From Vicugna vicugna (lineage: Eukaryota), in the NCBI GenBank assembly GCA_013265495.1, contig MU058528.1, forward strand, positions 124,001-188,000: 64,000 bases of DNA, read 5' to 3'. The notes under the pieces were generated by a model, which did no database searches, was not told the origin of the DNA, and saw only the letters and a program-made list of their open reading frames with translations. A program made the position numbers and the translations under genes. Positions 52,520 to 64,000 of the stretch are shown in pieces (position 1 is the first letter of the stretch; each line of letters begins with the position of its first letter).

Positions 52520-52770
52520 GTTGGGAGCCGCCTCTTGGTACGCGTCCAGGTCGCGCGGAGGACGGGCCCACCCGCAGGCGGGAGAGGGAGGCAGGCCTGC
52601 TCCAGGCGGGCTGGGGGCTCTCAGTGTGTGTGCGAAGCGTTTCACGCTCGGTGGCCCATCTACAGCCTTTCAACTTGCCTCTGGGCCTCCGAGGTGAAGT
52701 ATTAGGAAAGGATGAACGTCCTGGGAGCCGCAAAGCTTGGGGAAATTCAGAGCTTTTCATGGAGCGAGAG
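52520..52770. promoter_or_regulatory. Small CpG-rich patch, candidate promoter or enhancer
   Basis: About 17 CpGs in ~205 bp (52528-52731) with GC-box-like ggcggg, in an otherwise CpG-depleted window; not a recognisable repeat. Confidence 0.55.
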
Positions 52771-53422
52771 CTGCCAGCCACTCAGGCTCCATTCCTTCCT
52801 GGAACATCGTCTTTCTTTCTTCTTTTGGATACTGTGTCTGACTGGGATTATCACGTTCTGATTTTCTTGGAGTGCCTCAGAGCTCGGTGGGAAATGCAAA
52901 GCTGGCGTGAACGTTCTTCCCCTGCTCGGGGATTTGGAGCCTTATTACTGTACGGTTTTAGCTTTCCATGATTTGTTTTTTAATATTGGGTTCTACATCG
53001 AGCTATGGAAAGTGTAATGCTATCATTTTGCTTTCCTGAGATTTCCTTCAGATCTGGTATTGTTTATAATTTTAAACTTATTCTATTTCCCAAAAAATGC
53101 CTTTGAAGGGGTTTCCGATATGAAAATGTATAATATAGTGGAATTATAAACAAACGTTTAAATACAGATCTGAAATAGAAGGTGGCAAATGGATGTAGTG
53201 ATCATCCGGGGTGAGCAAATTCATATCTGAGGTTTAAATTTAGCTTTGAGCTTCTTGGAAATCAAGGTAAGGGTGACATAATGGATTCTGCAGTCTTTTT
53301 GAACTGAAAAAAGGAAGTATACCATTGTTCTTGTAGAAGAGAATTCTTGGACCAAATTCTAGTAGGAGAAATGTGTCAGCTTATATGTTAGATAAATGTA
53401 TGAGGGTATAGATACATATTTA

Positions 53423-53453
53423 CACACACACGCACACACACACACACACGCAC
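53423..53453. repeat. Imperfect (CA)n microsatellite
   Basis: Directly visible. Confidence 0.9.
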
Positions 53454-53513
53454 GTATAGATAAGCAAACATAAACATATGTGTGTCAGTCCTTGTGTGTG
53501 TATGTGTACATAT

Positions 53514-53993
53514 TGTGGTAGGCAGACTAATGGCCACCCAAAGCTATCCCCGCCCTATTCTCTGGAATTTGTGAAAATGTTAGATTAAGGGAATTAGGTT
53601 GCAGATGGAATGGAGGTTGCTAATGACTTTAGAATGAGGAGATTATCTGGTTTTTCTGGGTTGGTCCAATGTAATCATGAGGGTCCTTAGACGTGGAAAA
53701 GGGAGGCAGAAGAGATCAGAGAGGTACAATATGAGAAGGACTCAATTCACTGTTGTGGCTTTAAAGATGGTGAGAGAAGACCATGGGCCAAGGCAGTCCC
53801 CAGAAACTGGAAAAGGCAAGGGCATGGATTCTCCCATAGAGCTTCCAGAAAGAAACACAGCCCTGCCAACACCTTGATTTTAGCCCCAAGAGACCTATGT
53901 CAGGCTTCTGACCTACACAACCAAAAGATAATAAGTTTATGTTAAACCACTACATTTATAATAATTTATTTCAGTGGCAATAGAAAACTAACA
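53514..53993 (+). mobile_element. MaLR solo LTR (MLT1D-like)
   Basis: tgtggtaggcaga start, ggttgcagatggaat, ggattctcccatagagcttccagaaagaaacacagccctgccaacaccttgattttagccc. Confidence 0.9.
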
Positions 53994-54279
53994 CACACAT
54001 GCAGATATTTACACAGACAAAAATAAAACAAGGAGAAGAGCAGAAAAAGAGGAGAGAGAAGAAAAGGAAAAGAGATCAGTGAAGCTATTTCTATAGGGAA
54101 TTAAAATAATGCCTTCTAGTTACCTTGATTGCAAAAATACAACTTAGTCCTCATAGACAGTTAATTTATTGACCCTTGGGTGTCTAATAAGGTTTTTAAC
54201 TTTAGTCCAGACTGCATTAAAATTCTTGATTTTATTCCTTCTTCAAAACTTGTCCCCGACAATGATGTGCTGTGACTTC

Positions 54280-54443
54280 TCCCAAGTCCTGAGAGCCGAC
54301 TTGGGACCATCTCTCATTCACTGACGTCATGTCTGTAGAATGAATTAGTCAGTGGTGGGAGTATTCATATCCTGAAATCAAATACAAATCAGGGATATTT
54401 CCTCCAAAGAGCTGGTTGTTACACATTTGTCAGTGTACCACTG
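54280..54443. mobile_element. MER63-like hAT relic
   Basis: End agagctggttgttacacatttgtcagtgtaccactg and internal gagagccgac. Confidence 0.55.
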
Positions 54444-54469
54444 CTTTCACAGACTTAAACCATCAGTAA

Positions 54470-55162
54470 ATGATGTGACCACCTAGTTGCTAAATATCTA
54501 GCACTCATCTTTGATCCCTCTTCCCCTTACGGCCTATATCTAACCAGTTATCTAGTCCTGCCCCCTCCTACCTCCAAATCATATCCACCATTTTCTATCT
54601 CCATGGTAGCTCTAGTCTAAGCTACCAGCTATCTTTCCTGAACCATTGCAATGGGCTTGGAATGAACCTCCTGGATTCTACTGTAGTCCCTCTACCATCT
54701 TTTAAAATATAGATCATATCATGCCACTTCACTGCTTCAGACCCTCCACTACCCTTAGAGTGAAAGCCAAGTTCCTTAACTCAGCCTAACTTTCCAGTTT
54801 TATTTTGTCTTCTCTCCAACCTGTGTCCTGGCCACCTTGCTCTTTCTGTTCTCAATTCACCAAGCTCACGGCTGTCTTGAGGCCTTTGTCATAGTGGTTC
54901 CCCTTGCCATGACTGTCCATCTCTTTCTCCCAGTTCATTGTGTGGCTGCCTCCTTCCCATCACTCAGGACTCAGCTCAAATGTCCCCACCTCAGTGAGAC
55001 TTTTCCGACCACCCAACCTAAAGAAGTCTTTAGCATTCCTGTAATATCACCCCGTATCATTTTCGTCTTAGCACCTGTTTCTACCTACCGTTTCTTTGTT
55101 AATTTATAGTTCCTAGCACACAGTAGATTCTTAATAAATTGCTTGTTGAAAGAATGAATTAA
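54470..55162 (+). mobile_element. L2 3' portion
   Basis: cagctcaaatgtcccc..; ends tagcacacagtagattcttaataaattgcttgttgaaagaatgaat. Confidence 0.75.
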
Positions 55163-57049
55163 CTTAGTGTTTAAAATATTGGCTAGAAATATATTCCATA
55201 GACAGCTTCTTTCCTGTCTGGGGCCTAGTGGCAGCGGGTGGCTAGTAAAAACTGTCAACCCTGGCCTGGGATAGGAAGGTAGAAAATGGTTGGAGTAGCA
55301 GAAATGTAAGTTAGAAAGTCCAATGGCCAAGGGAGCTTGGCTGAGGATATTGCAGCTTTGGTAAAAGATGTCTAAGTGTCAGACATCAGGATGGGGGTGG
55401 TGGCTAAGACGTGCCAATCTGTAAGCAAGAAAGGCATGGAGGCCAAATGCCCGGGTCAGTCCTGGTCCAGACAGGCAGAGGGCCAGCACCAGGGCTCAGG
55501 CAATCCTTTACATGTCTATCAGATGTGCCTACCTGTCCTGAACTCTTTCCAAAGCCCTCCTTCTGGCCTGACTGCCACCCTAAAGGCCTAACACTCACAT
55601 ATCAGTTACCACAACTGAATTTTCCCCTTAGAGAAGTTCCAGGAGAGAAACATCAGATAAACACTGCTATAGTTCATGGCTCTTCCAAATAGAGTGATAT
55701 TTGTTCTCATTCACTGATTTTCATACTCTCTAGGTAGAAAAAGGAAAACTTAAAAAAATTGTTACATTAATCATTTGCTAAACAGTACTTTTTAAGAATG
55801 ACTATTCTTACCATCATGGATTCTGATTTTAGAAAAGGCTAATTATTCCAATAGGCTCCTTATTATACAAAGAGATTATTTGACTCACTCAAGTTCACAA
55901 AGGTAGTGGCAGACTCAAGACAAAAAGTCCTATTTTCTGACTTCATAACTTTTTAATTTGGAGTCAGGATTGGCATTAAACTGCCATTGGAAAAGTAAGA
56001 AAAAGGCAGGTAAATAAATTACTGTCAAGATCAGGGATTTATTAAAACACAGCAAAACACTCCAAATGTTTTACAGGACTAATATCATTCTGATGTTGGT
56101 CACAAAATCTGAAAAGATTCTGAGAGAGTCTGGATCAGGTATAGATTAGATTATGATAAATACAATTTTTCAATAGCATATTTTATTATTTTTTAATTTT
56201 TTAGAATGTGTAGTACTTGTTACAGTGTAAGATTTAATTGGACAATTAATTAGTCAGAGGTCCCCATTTCTTGACTACTTAATGCAAACAGAATTTGACT
56301 GTAGTTTTAATAATTTTCTTATTACTATACACTCCTTACTCTTATACCTTTCCTCTTTAACCTAAAGGTTTTAGTTTATTCTCATTTCTTTGAGAAGAGT
56401 CACGGTTTATAGCACACCTGGCTTATAGCAGAGATGGAGGTCCATAAAGGAGAAAACACCCAAACCATTCATGTAAAACAACAGAACAGAACAGACATCT
56501 AATATAGACTCAATTATATGATAATGGTAGCAATACGGTAAGAATTCTTTTTTCCAAGTGAAGTTTCAAGACAGTTTGGTGGAAAAAATTCCATATCCTT
56601 TAGCCTTTCTCTTCAACTTTTTGCTTTTAATCCTTTAATTATCTTTTGATAATCTATGATTTTTTAAATAGGTAAAGTCCTACATGTTCTTTATTAATTT
56701 GGTGGGCTTAGGCTATGTCAGTGTTCCACTAAGATAGAGAAGTGCTTTCTGAGACTGGCAATTTAATAAGATATTGGCAAGTTAGAAAGTTACTGAATTT
56801 CTACTACGCACAAAGTGCTTTGGACAATGGATTCTGCCCTCCAACCATTTACACTCTAATCGACATTTCCTTTGCATGTTTGAAACTTGTTTAATAAATG
56901 TAGAGAGAAAGAGTATTTTTTGTTTCCTTCGCCAGTCCTCTGCAACTGGCAAATGCCCCATAAAAAGAAGAATTTATATAATAAAGGGAATAAAGAATTG
57001 GGCATTTTCCACATTAGAAGGGAGTATACTTCAGGATCCATTTTTTTGG

Positions 57050-59531
57050 CAACTTTTTGAAAATGGAAAGCTATTGATTTACAATGTTATATTCATTTTT
57101 AGGTGTACAGCATAGTGATTCAATATGTTCATAGGTTATACTCCATTTAAAGTTATTGAAAAATAATAACTGTATTTCCCTGTGCTGTACAGTATATCCT
57201 TGTAGGTTATATATTTTATATATAGTAGTTTGTATCTCTTAACCCCTACCCCTATGGTGGCCCTTCCCCCTCCCCTCTCCCTACTGATAAACACTGGTTT
57301 GTTCTCTGAGTCTTTTTCTGTTTGTTATATACATTCATTTGTTACTTTTTAGATTCCACATTAAAGTGTTATCATACAGTATTTGCCTTTCTCTGACTTA
57401 TTTCACTTAATTCTCTCTAGGTCCATCCACATTGTTTCAGATGGCAAAATTTCATTCTTTTTATGACTGAGTAGTATTCTATCTTATATATGTATTCTAT
57501 TTTACACACACACACTCACACACACACACACAGCTTCTTTATCCACTCATTTGTTAATGGACACTTAGGTTGCTTCCATGTCTTGGCAATTGTAAATAAT
57601 GCTGTTATGAACATTGGGGTGCATATATCTTTCCAAATTAGTGGGCTTCTTTTTCTTTTTTATTTTTTTTTTTGGATATATCCCCAGGAGAGGAGTTGTT
57701 GGATCAAATGGTCCTTCTGTTTTTAGTTTTGAGGAATCTCCATACCGTTTTCTACAGCGGCTGCACCAATTTACATTCCCATCAATAGTATACAAGAGTT
57801 ACCTTTTCTCCACATCCTTGCCAACATTTGTTATTTGTAGACTTTATGATGACAAGTGTGAGGTGATATACATTTGTGGTTTGATTTGCATTTTTTACTA
57901 TTTAGTGATGTTGAGCATCTTTTCATGTGCCTGTTAGCCATATGTATATAATCTTCACAAAAATGTCTACTCAGGACTTCAGCCCACTTTTTGGCTGGGT
58001 TGTTTGTTTTTTGATATTGAGTTGTATAAGCTTTTTATGTATTTTGGTTATTATCCCCATATTGGTCATGTTATTTGCAAATATTTTCTACCAATTAGTA
58101 GGTTGTCTTGTTGTTTCATCAATGGTTTCCTTTTTTGTGCAAATGCTTTTAAGTTTAATTAGGTACCATTTGTTTATTCTTGTTTTTATATCTTTTGCCT
58201 TATAAAAAATATTGCTACAGTTTATGTCAAAGAGTGCTCTGTCTATGTTCTTGTCTAGGAGTTTTATTGTTTCAGGTCTTACATTTAGGTCTTTAACCCA
58301 TTTTGAGTTTAGTTTTGTGTATGATGTGAGGGAGTGTTCTAATCTCATTCTATGTTGTAGCTGTCCAGTTTTCCCAGCATCTATTATTGAAGAGATTGCC
58401 TTTTCTTCATTGTATATTCTTGCCTTCTTTGTCATAGGTTAATTGATCGTAGGTGTGTGGGTTTATTTCTGGGCTCTCTATTCTGTTCCACTGATCTATG
58501 TGTCTGTTTGTGTGCAAGTACCACACTGTTTTAGTTACTGCAGCTTTGTAGTATAGCCTGAAGCCAGGGAGCATGATACGTCCAGCTTTATTCTTTTTTG
58601 CTCAAGGTTGCTTTGACAATTTGGGGTCCTCTATGGTTCCATACACATTTTAGGATTATTGCTTGTAGTTCTGTGGAAAATGTCATAGGTATTTTGATAG
58701 GGATCACATTAAATCTGCAGGTTGCTGTGCATAGTATAGCCTGTTTAACATCACTATTTCTTACAATCCAAGGATATGGGAAATCTTTCCATTTCTTTGA
58801 ATCATCTTCAGTTTCCTTCAATGTTTTATAGCTCTCAGAGTATGGGTCTTTCACCTCCTTGGTAAACTTTATTCCTAGGTATTTTTTCCTTTGTGGTGCA
58901 ATTTTAAGTGAGAGTTTTCTTTTTGCTTTTTCTTTCTGATAGTTCATTACAAGTGTATAGAAAAGCAACAGATTTCTATATATTAATCTTATATCCTGCA
59001 CCCTTATTGAATTCGTTTATTACTTTGAATAGATTTTTTTTTTGTGGGGACTTTTAGGTTTTCTATATATAGTGTCATGTCATCTGCAAATAATGACAGT
59101 TTTACTTATTCTCTCCCAGTTGGATGCCTTTTATTTTGTTTTCTTGTCTGATTGTTGTGGCTAGGATGTCCAACTACATTAAATAGAAGTGGTGAGAGTG
59201 GATATCTTGCCTTGTGCTTGATTTTAGAGGAAAAGCTGAAATCTTTTCACCTTTGAGTGTTATGTTAGCTGTGGATTTGCCATAAATGGCTTTTATTATG
59301 TTGAGATATTTTCCCTGTATACCAACAATATATAAAAAGGATCATACACCACGATCAAGTGGGATTTATCCCAGGGATACAAGCATGGGTCAAGATTTGC
59401 AAATCAATCAATGTGATACATCACATTAACAAAAAGAAGGGTAAAAAAATCACATGATAATCTCAATAGACACAGAAAAAGTGTTTGACATTATTTGACA
59501 TCCGCTCATGATAACTCTCATCAAAGTTGGT
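57050..59531 (-). mobile_element. 5'-inverted L1 (antisense to 59326, sense 59322-59531)
   Basis: 3'UTR and ORF2 antisense, then a sense RT piece ending aaagttggt, contiguous in L1 coordinates with the antisense arm start. Confidence 0.92.
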
Positions 59532-60039
59532 TTATAGATTCTATTGGAAGTGGAATCATTCTTTTGTTTTAATAGCATCTAAAGCTGAAGATGAGAAAAA
59601 TCCTCCCAGGATCAGAGGAAGGAAATGGGTCTTATAACTTTTGGCATATTAAAAATTCAAAATGCTTAATTTTTGTAACTTTATGTCTCTTAACATTTAA
59701 AATAATTGGATATGGAGGTCATTAGGGGAGATAAAACAGAGACTAGACTTGTCAACTGTTATTTTCTCTGGATTTAGGTGGTAATGGGTGGAGAACACGC
59801 AAACATATTGTGAATACAAAGCAAACAAATTCTGGGTAGGTGAGGACTGAATGAAGGAGGTAATTATAAACTGGCAGAAGCGAGTGCACAGCTGCTGGTA
59901 GTTTTTTATTTGTTTTTTGCATGGTGGTTTCCTCTTCCATGATCTGAATTTTGGGTGAAGTGCTGTGGCCAAAACATCATTTAGATGACTAGCACTCAGT
60001 AGTTTAGGATCTCATTGACTTGTACAATGAACACTGTTT

Positions 60040-60560
60040 GCATGCAATTTGTATTTCAAGGCACTGGATTAGGTAAGGTGGCTATAACCCTAGACATACC
60101 ATGCAAAGTCTCTGCCTCCATGGAATTTACAGTTTAGTGGAGAAGCAGATATTGTACAAGGGATTGTGAAAGTGACGGGTCATTCTCAGAAATTCAGCAT
60201 TATGGAATCACATAAGCAGGCAACCTTATCCGGTTTGGTAAGAAAGAAAAGGTTTATATAAAGCAGTGACATTCAAATAGAGAAACCAAGGAAGCCTCTT
60301 GGGAGGGGACCTAGGTGCCGAAGGAGTGTGCTGAGTAGGGGAACGAGGTCGCAGAGGAGGCTGCAGAGATAAGCACGAATCAGATCATTCAGGGTCATTC
60401 CAGGGTTCTTTGCCATATCCTGAGGGTGATGGGGAGCCCAGAATGGCATTTAAGGAAGGGACTTTGTAAGAAAAGATCCCTGTGGTGTCAGCATGGCAAG
60501 GGTTGAAATGGGACATTCGCCTGCTGTAGAATGGAGGCAACTGGCCTTCAGGACTCCTCC
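60040..60560 (-). mobile_element. L2 fragments
   Basis: tctctgcctccatggaatttacagtttagtggag, tatcctgagggtgatggggagcc. Confidence 0.6.
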
Positions 60561-61082
60561 TCCTTCCTGGCACAGCTATTAAGTCCTGTCTGGCTGTCCC
60601 TTGGGATGATTCATTCATTGACTCTCTCCTTTTTCATTTCCACTGTGCTTGGGAAAACTAAGACTTTCTTTCCCGGGTCTTTCCCATCTCCAATGTATTT
60701 GTCAAGCATGGGCAAATTAATCTTCTTAAAATATCAAAGGCATATCTGTATCTCTTGGTCTTTAAAAAAAAGCCTCTGATGCCTCTCTGATGAGCCCAAA
60801 CTCCGCATGTAAATGTGTCTGGCTTCTTTCTATACTGATGGTCCTGGCTTGGAACTCACCCTGAAGACTGCACTCCTCCTGCGGGGCTCTCTCCACTTCC
60901 CTGCCCAGAATGACCTTCTCTTCCCACTTTACTGAATCTTACCTGACCCCCATGTGAAGCCTTTTCCGATTACATCTTCCTTCCGTTACTCATTTCAGTG
61001 AAAGCTACGCAACTAATTGTCTTAACAACCACTGCCTTCAATTGTTATTCATTGTTTTAAGTATGTTTCTTGGCTCAACATC

Positions 61083-61404
61083 TGTTATGGTCTGAATAGT
61101 TATGTCCCTCCAAAGTTCATTTGTTGAAGCCCTACCCGACAACGTGATGCTATGAAGAGGTGCGGGCTTCTGGGAGGTAATTAGGATTAGATGAGGTCAT
61201 GAGGTTTGACAAGAGGAGAAAGCTTGCTGTGCTCTGCTGTACAAAGGAGAAGCGGGCATCTGCAACTGGAAGAGAGCTGTCAGCAGAACTCCACCATGCC
61301 AGTACCCTGCTCTTGGGCTTCCAGTCTCCAGGACTGTGAGAAATAAATGTCTTTTATAAGTCACCCAGTCTATGATAGTTTGTTATGGCAGCCAGAACTA
61401 AGAT
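61083..61404 (+). mobile_element. MaLR solo LTR (MLT1A-like)
   Basis: tgttatggtctgaat..gtccctccaaagttcat..ccagtctccaggactgtgagaaataaatg..tttgttatggcagccagaactaaga. Confidence 0.88.
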
Positions 61405-62627
61405 AATTGGATCAATGTTTTTTGTCTACAAACATAAAATATGCAATAAATGATGAGGAGTATTGCTGTTATCAAAAGTAATAAATACTTCTGTCGGCAC
61501 TTTAGAGTAATGAAAATATCATTTAAATATAATTTATGGTTTAACACTTATTTTTTTTAGATTAAAATTTACCAAGCTTTTTTTCTAAAATGTAATTTTA
61601 CTTTTAAATAAATTATATACATATACCTAGTTAAGTACATGCTTTTCTCAGAGGAGTAAATCACTTTTTAAATAAGAAAATGGTGAATACATTATATATA
61701 TTGCTTTAGTAAAGATGAATACATTCTTTTAATATTTTGGAAAGAAGAGTCTGTGATTAATGAAGATGTTTTATGGAAATATTTAAAGCTATCTTGTGTT
61801 TATACATGAATTAAATCCCTCTTCCTTCCACTATAAATATTTTTGTAGAACAGAAAGAATATTCTGTGCTGGAATGTGCCTTCCTGCTCTACCTACACTC
61901 TGCTAAATTTAGAAATGCATGTGCTGTATCAAATCAAAGTCTGCCTTACTTACCATTTCGATTCATATTGATTTTCTGAGCTACCTATTATTTCTTTATT
62001 GAAGTACAGCAGGCTTACTGTACGACTGGATTATTTTGTAGCTCCTCAAATCCTGAATATATTCAGCTAAGTGTAAGCAGGTTTACTTTGGTTTCATTCA
62101 AAATGCAAAAGTAAGGTTGGAAAATTTTACTCATTCATTACTTCAACAAATATCTACTGAGTGATTACAAGGTGTCATACAATGTATTAATTCCTGAAAA
62201 ATTCCAGACTTCATTGAGCCTTATCAAAAGGAAATTAAGGAAAGAAAACCAGCAATTACAGCACACAACACACACACATATTGTGATAGAGTGAGATAGA
62301 CCTGGAGTGGGCTCCAGAGTACACTCAACCCAGGCATCAGGAAGGACTTCCAGAAGATGACGTCCACAGTGAGGTGTTATTCAGTTGGAACAGCAGGTGC
62401 CAAGGTCCTGGGGTGAGAGAACAGTCTTAGAATTCACGAATGGAGAGGTGAGGGCAGGGATGGAAGAAAAGGCAAGGTTGACGGTTGAAGACGTCCCAAG
62501 GGTGTTCTGGATGGAGCCATGTTGGAGAAATCTGAAACCTTGATGAGGAAGTCTTCCCCACTGAAGCTTTCCTGTTTTTTTCTTTTGTAATCTTTATCTT
62601 AAGAAAGATTTTTCAAGAAGGAAAGTA

Positions 62628-62713
62628 CCTCCAAGTTAACTAGCCAAGAGTGTTAGTTAGAATGCAGAGCTTCCTCCAAGTTAACCAGCCAAGACTGTTA
62701 GAATGTAGACCTT
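62628..62713. repeat. Two-copy tandem duplication (45 and 41 bp)
   Basis: cctccaagttaactagccaagagtgttagttagaatgcagagctt followed by cctccaagttaaccagccaagactgttagaatgtagacctt. Confidence 0.9.
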
Positions 62714-64000
62714 GTTTATTCTTTATCAGAAGAGTCAAAGATTCTGTCTTTCTCCCAGCCTTTTAGGGATTTTTTAAAGCATGAGAACATGAGCAACAAT
62801 TACAGTGGAAAGAATTACTGAGCCAAGTTGCTGGAAAGAAATACTTCTGCAGGAAGACTTTATCCTCTGAAAGAATATTTGCTTGTCTGTGGAATGGAAC
62901 CTTAGAGCTGTGGAAATATGCTTTTATGGGTCTCAGAATTCTTTAATAAGATGAAAAATGCAATGTATTGAGGAGAATAGGAAGTAATTACTGTTAAAAT
63001 GCTAGAAGAACCTGAAATCTTATCTGCTTAGAAAAGATTTAAGTCAGTTGATGTTTATCATGATCATACTTGGAAATTTACCTACCATTTTTCATGATTA
63101 GTGACTCAGATCTCTTACATTGAATTTTACAGGTGATGTCAGCATAGACAGAGGGCAAGGAAGGAAAGTCTGAGCTGCCACCAGGGAGCTTTGCCTTATT
63201 TCTTGCTCGAACGGCCTCAATTTGAAGAGCCCTCATTTGGTCTGAGGAGCTCTTTAGCTGGTTTCAAAAGACAATCGAGTCTAATTTGTATGGAGAGATG
63301 GAGTGGAGACAGGTTCTAAACTTCCTTCTAAGGATTTAGACTATATCATGCTTATTTTAGGAACAAAAAATTCTGCCAGGTTTTCTCTTTTTTTTTTTCT
63401 TCATTTTTCCTTAATGTGGATGTAGATTTAAGCTTTGGCTTTTCAGTATATATTTGAAGTGACTGTCCATATGGAATAGAGTCCAGTGGAAGAAAAAAGT
63501 ATTTCCAGATGCTGTTCCTTTGTAACCAAATGTTAGACTTGGCAGGAGTCGAAGGGGTTTTGCCACCTGATACTGCAGCTCCCCAGAATGACTGCCTGCT
63601 TCTGCCACTGCAGCAGACGGAACAGCTGCCAGGAGGCCCCACCGCTCAGCTTTTTCTCTCTGCTTTCCGTCTCAGAGCTTTATGGATGGGAAGCCAGTGT
63701 CTTCCCTGATCTCTGGTCCATCCTAATGTCTTCCTCCCTCACTGTTACAAGAAACCTCTCTCATGAATGTGACGGAGTCTTGTGAGAGCTGCACACTTCA
63801 ACTATAGGAAAGTTTTTACTTAGCAGGTTTTACTTAGCAACCTTTTGAACTCTCAGAAGCACCACTCTTTGGGTCCCTGCAGAGTTGAAACTGAGTCAAC
63901 ACTATGCAGGATGTGTTGCCAAACTCGTGGAAGTCTTTGGCCTGGGAGGTTACCAGTCTTTGACCAAATTTTTCTTGCACTGTCCTTTATTACGATATAT

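Noticed and set aside
1..64000. CRISPR array, operon or other prokaryotic-type system
   Set aside because: Mammalian repeat-rich DNA with no repeat-spacer arrays or dense ORFs.

Overview
Mammalian, AT-rich, repeat-dense non-coding DNA, very probably from a camelid (alpaca/llama/camel) because it carries a tRNA-derived SINE resembling Vic-1. I can identify no intact protein-coding gene; nearly all listed ORFs are LINE-1 fragments or chance ORFs. The window is dominated by L1 elements of several ages (three 5'-inverted twin-primed copies, nested insertions, two probable 3' transductions), plus MaLR/ERVL LTRs, L2, MIR and hAT MITE relics. Two gene-derived retrocopies are present. One is a full-length processed PDCD5 pseudogene (- strand, 15-bp TSD). 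The other, the most unusual item, is an unspliced RPS3 fragment: the 3' tip of intronic snoRNA SNORD15B, the end of the intron, the complete last coding exon with both splice sites, ~230 nt of the next intron and an A-tail, bounded by a 10-bp TSD. Candidate regulatory elements are several CTCF-type motifs (one inside an L1 5'UTR) and a small CpG-rich patch at ~52.5-52.75 kb. I see no evidence of a novel multi-gene system. Repeat family names and reference gene comparisons are from memory, without database search; repeat boundaries are approximate.
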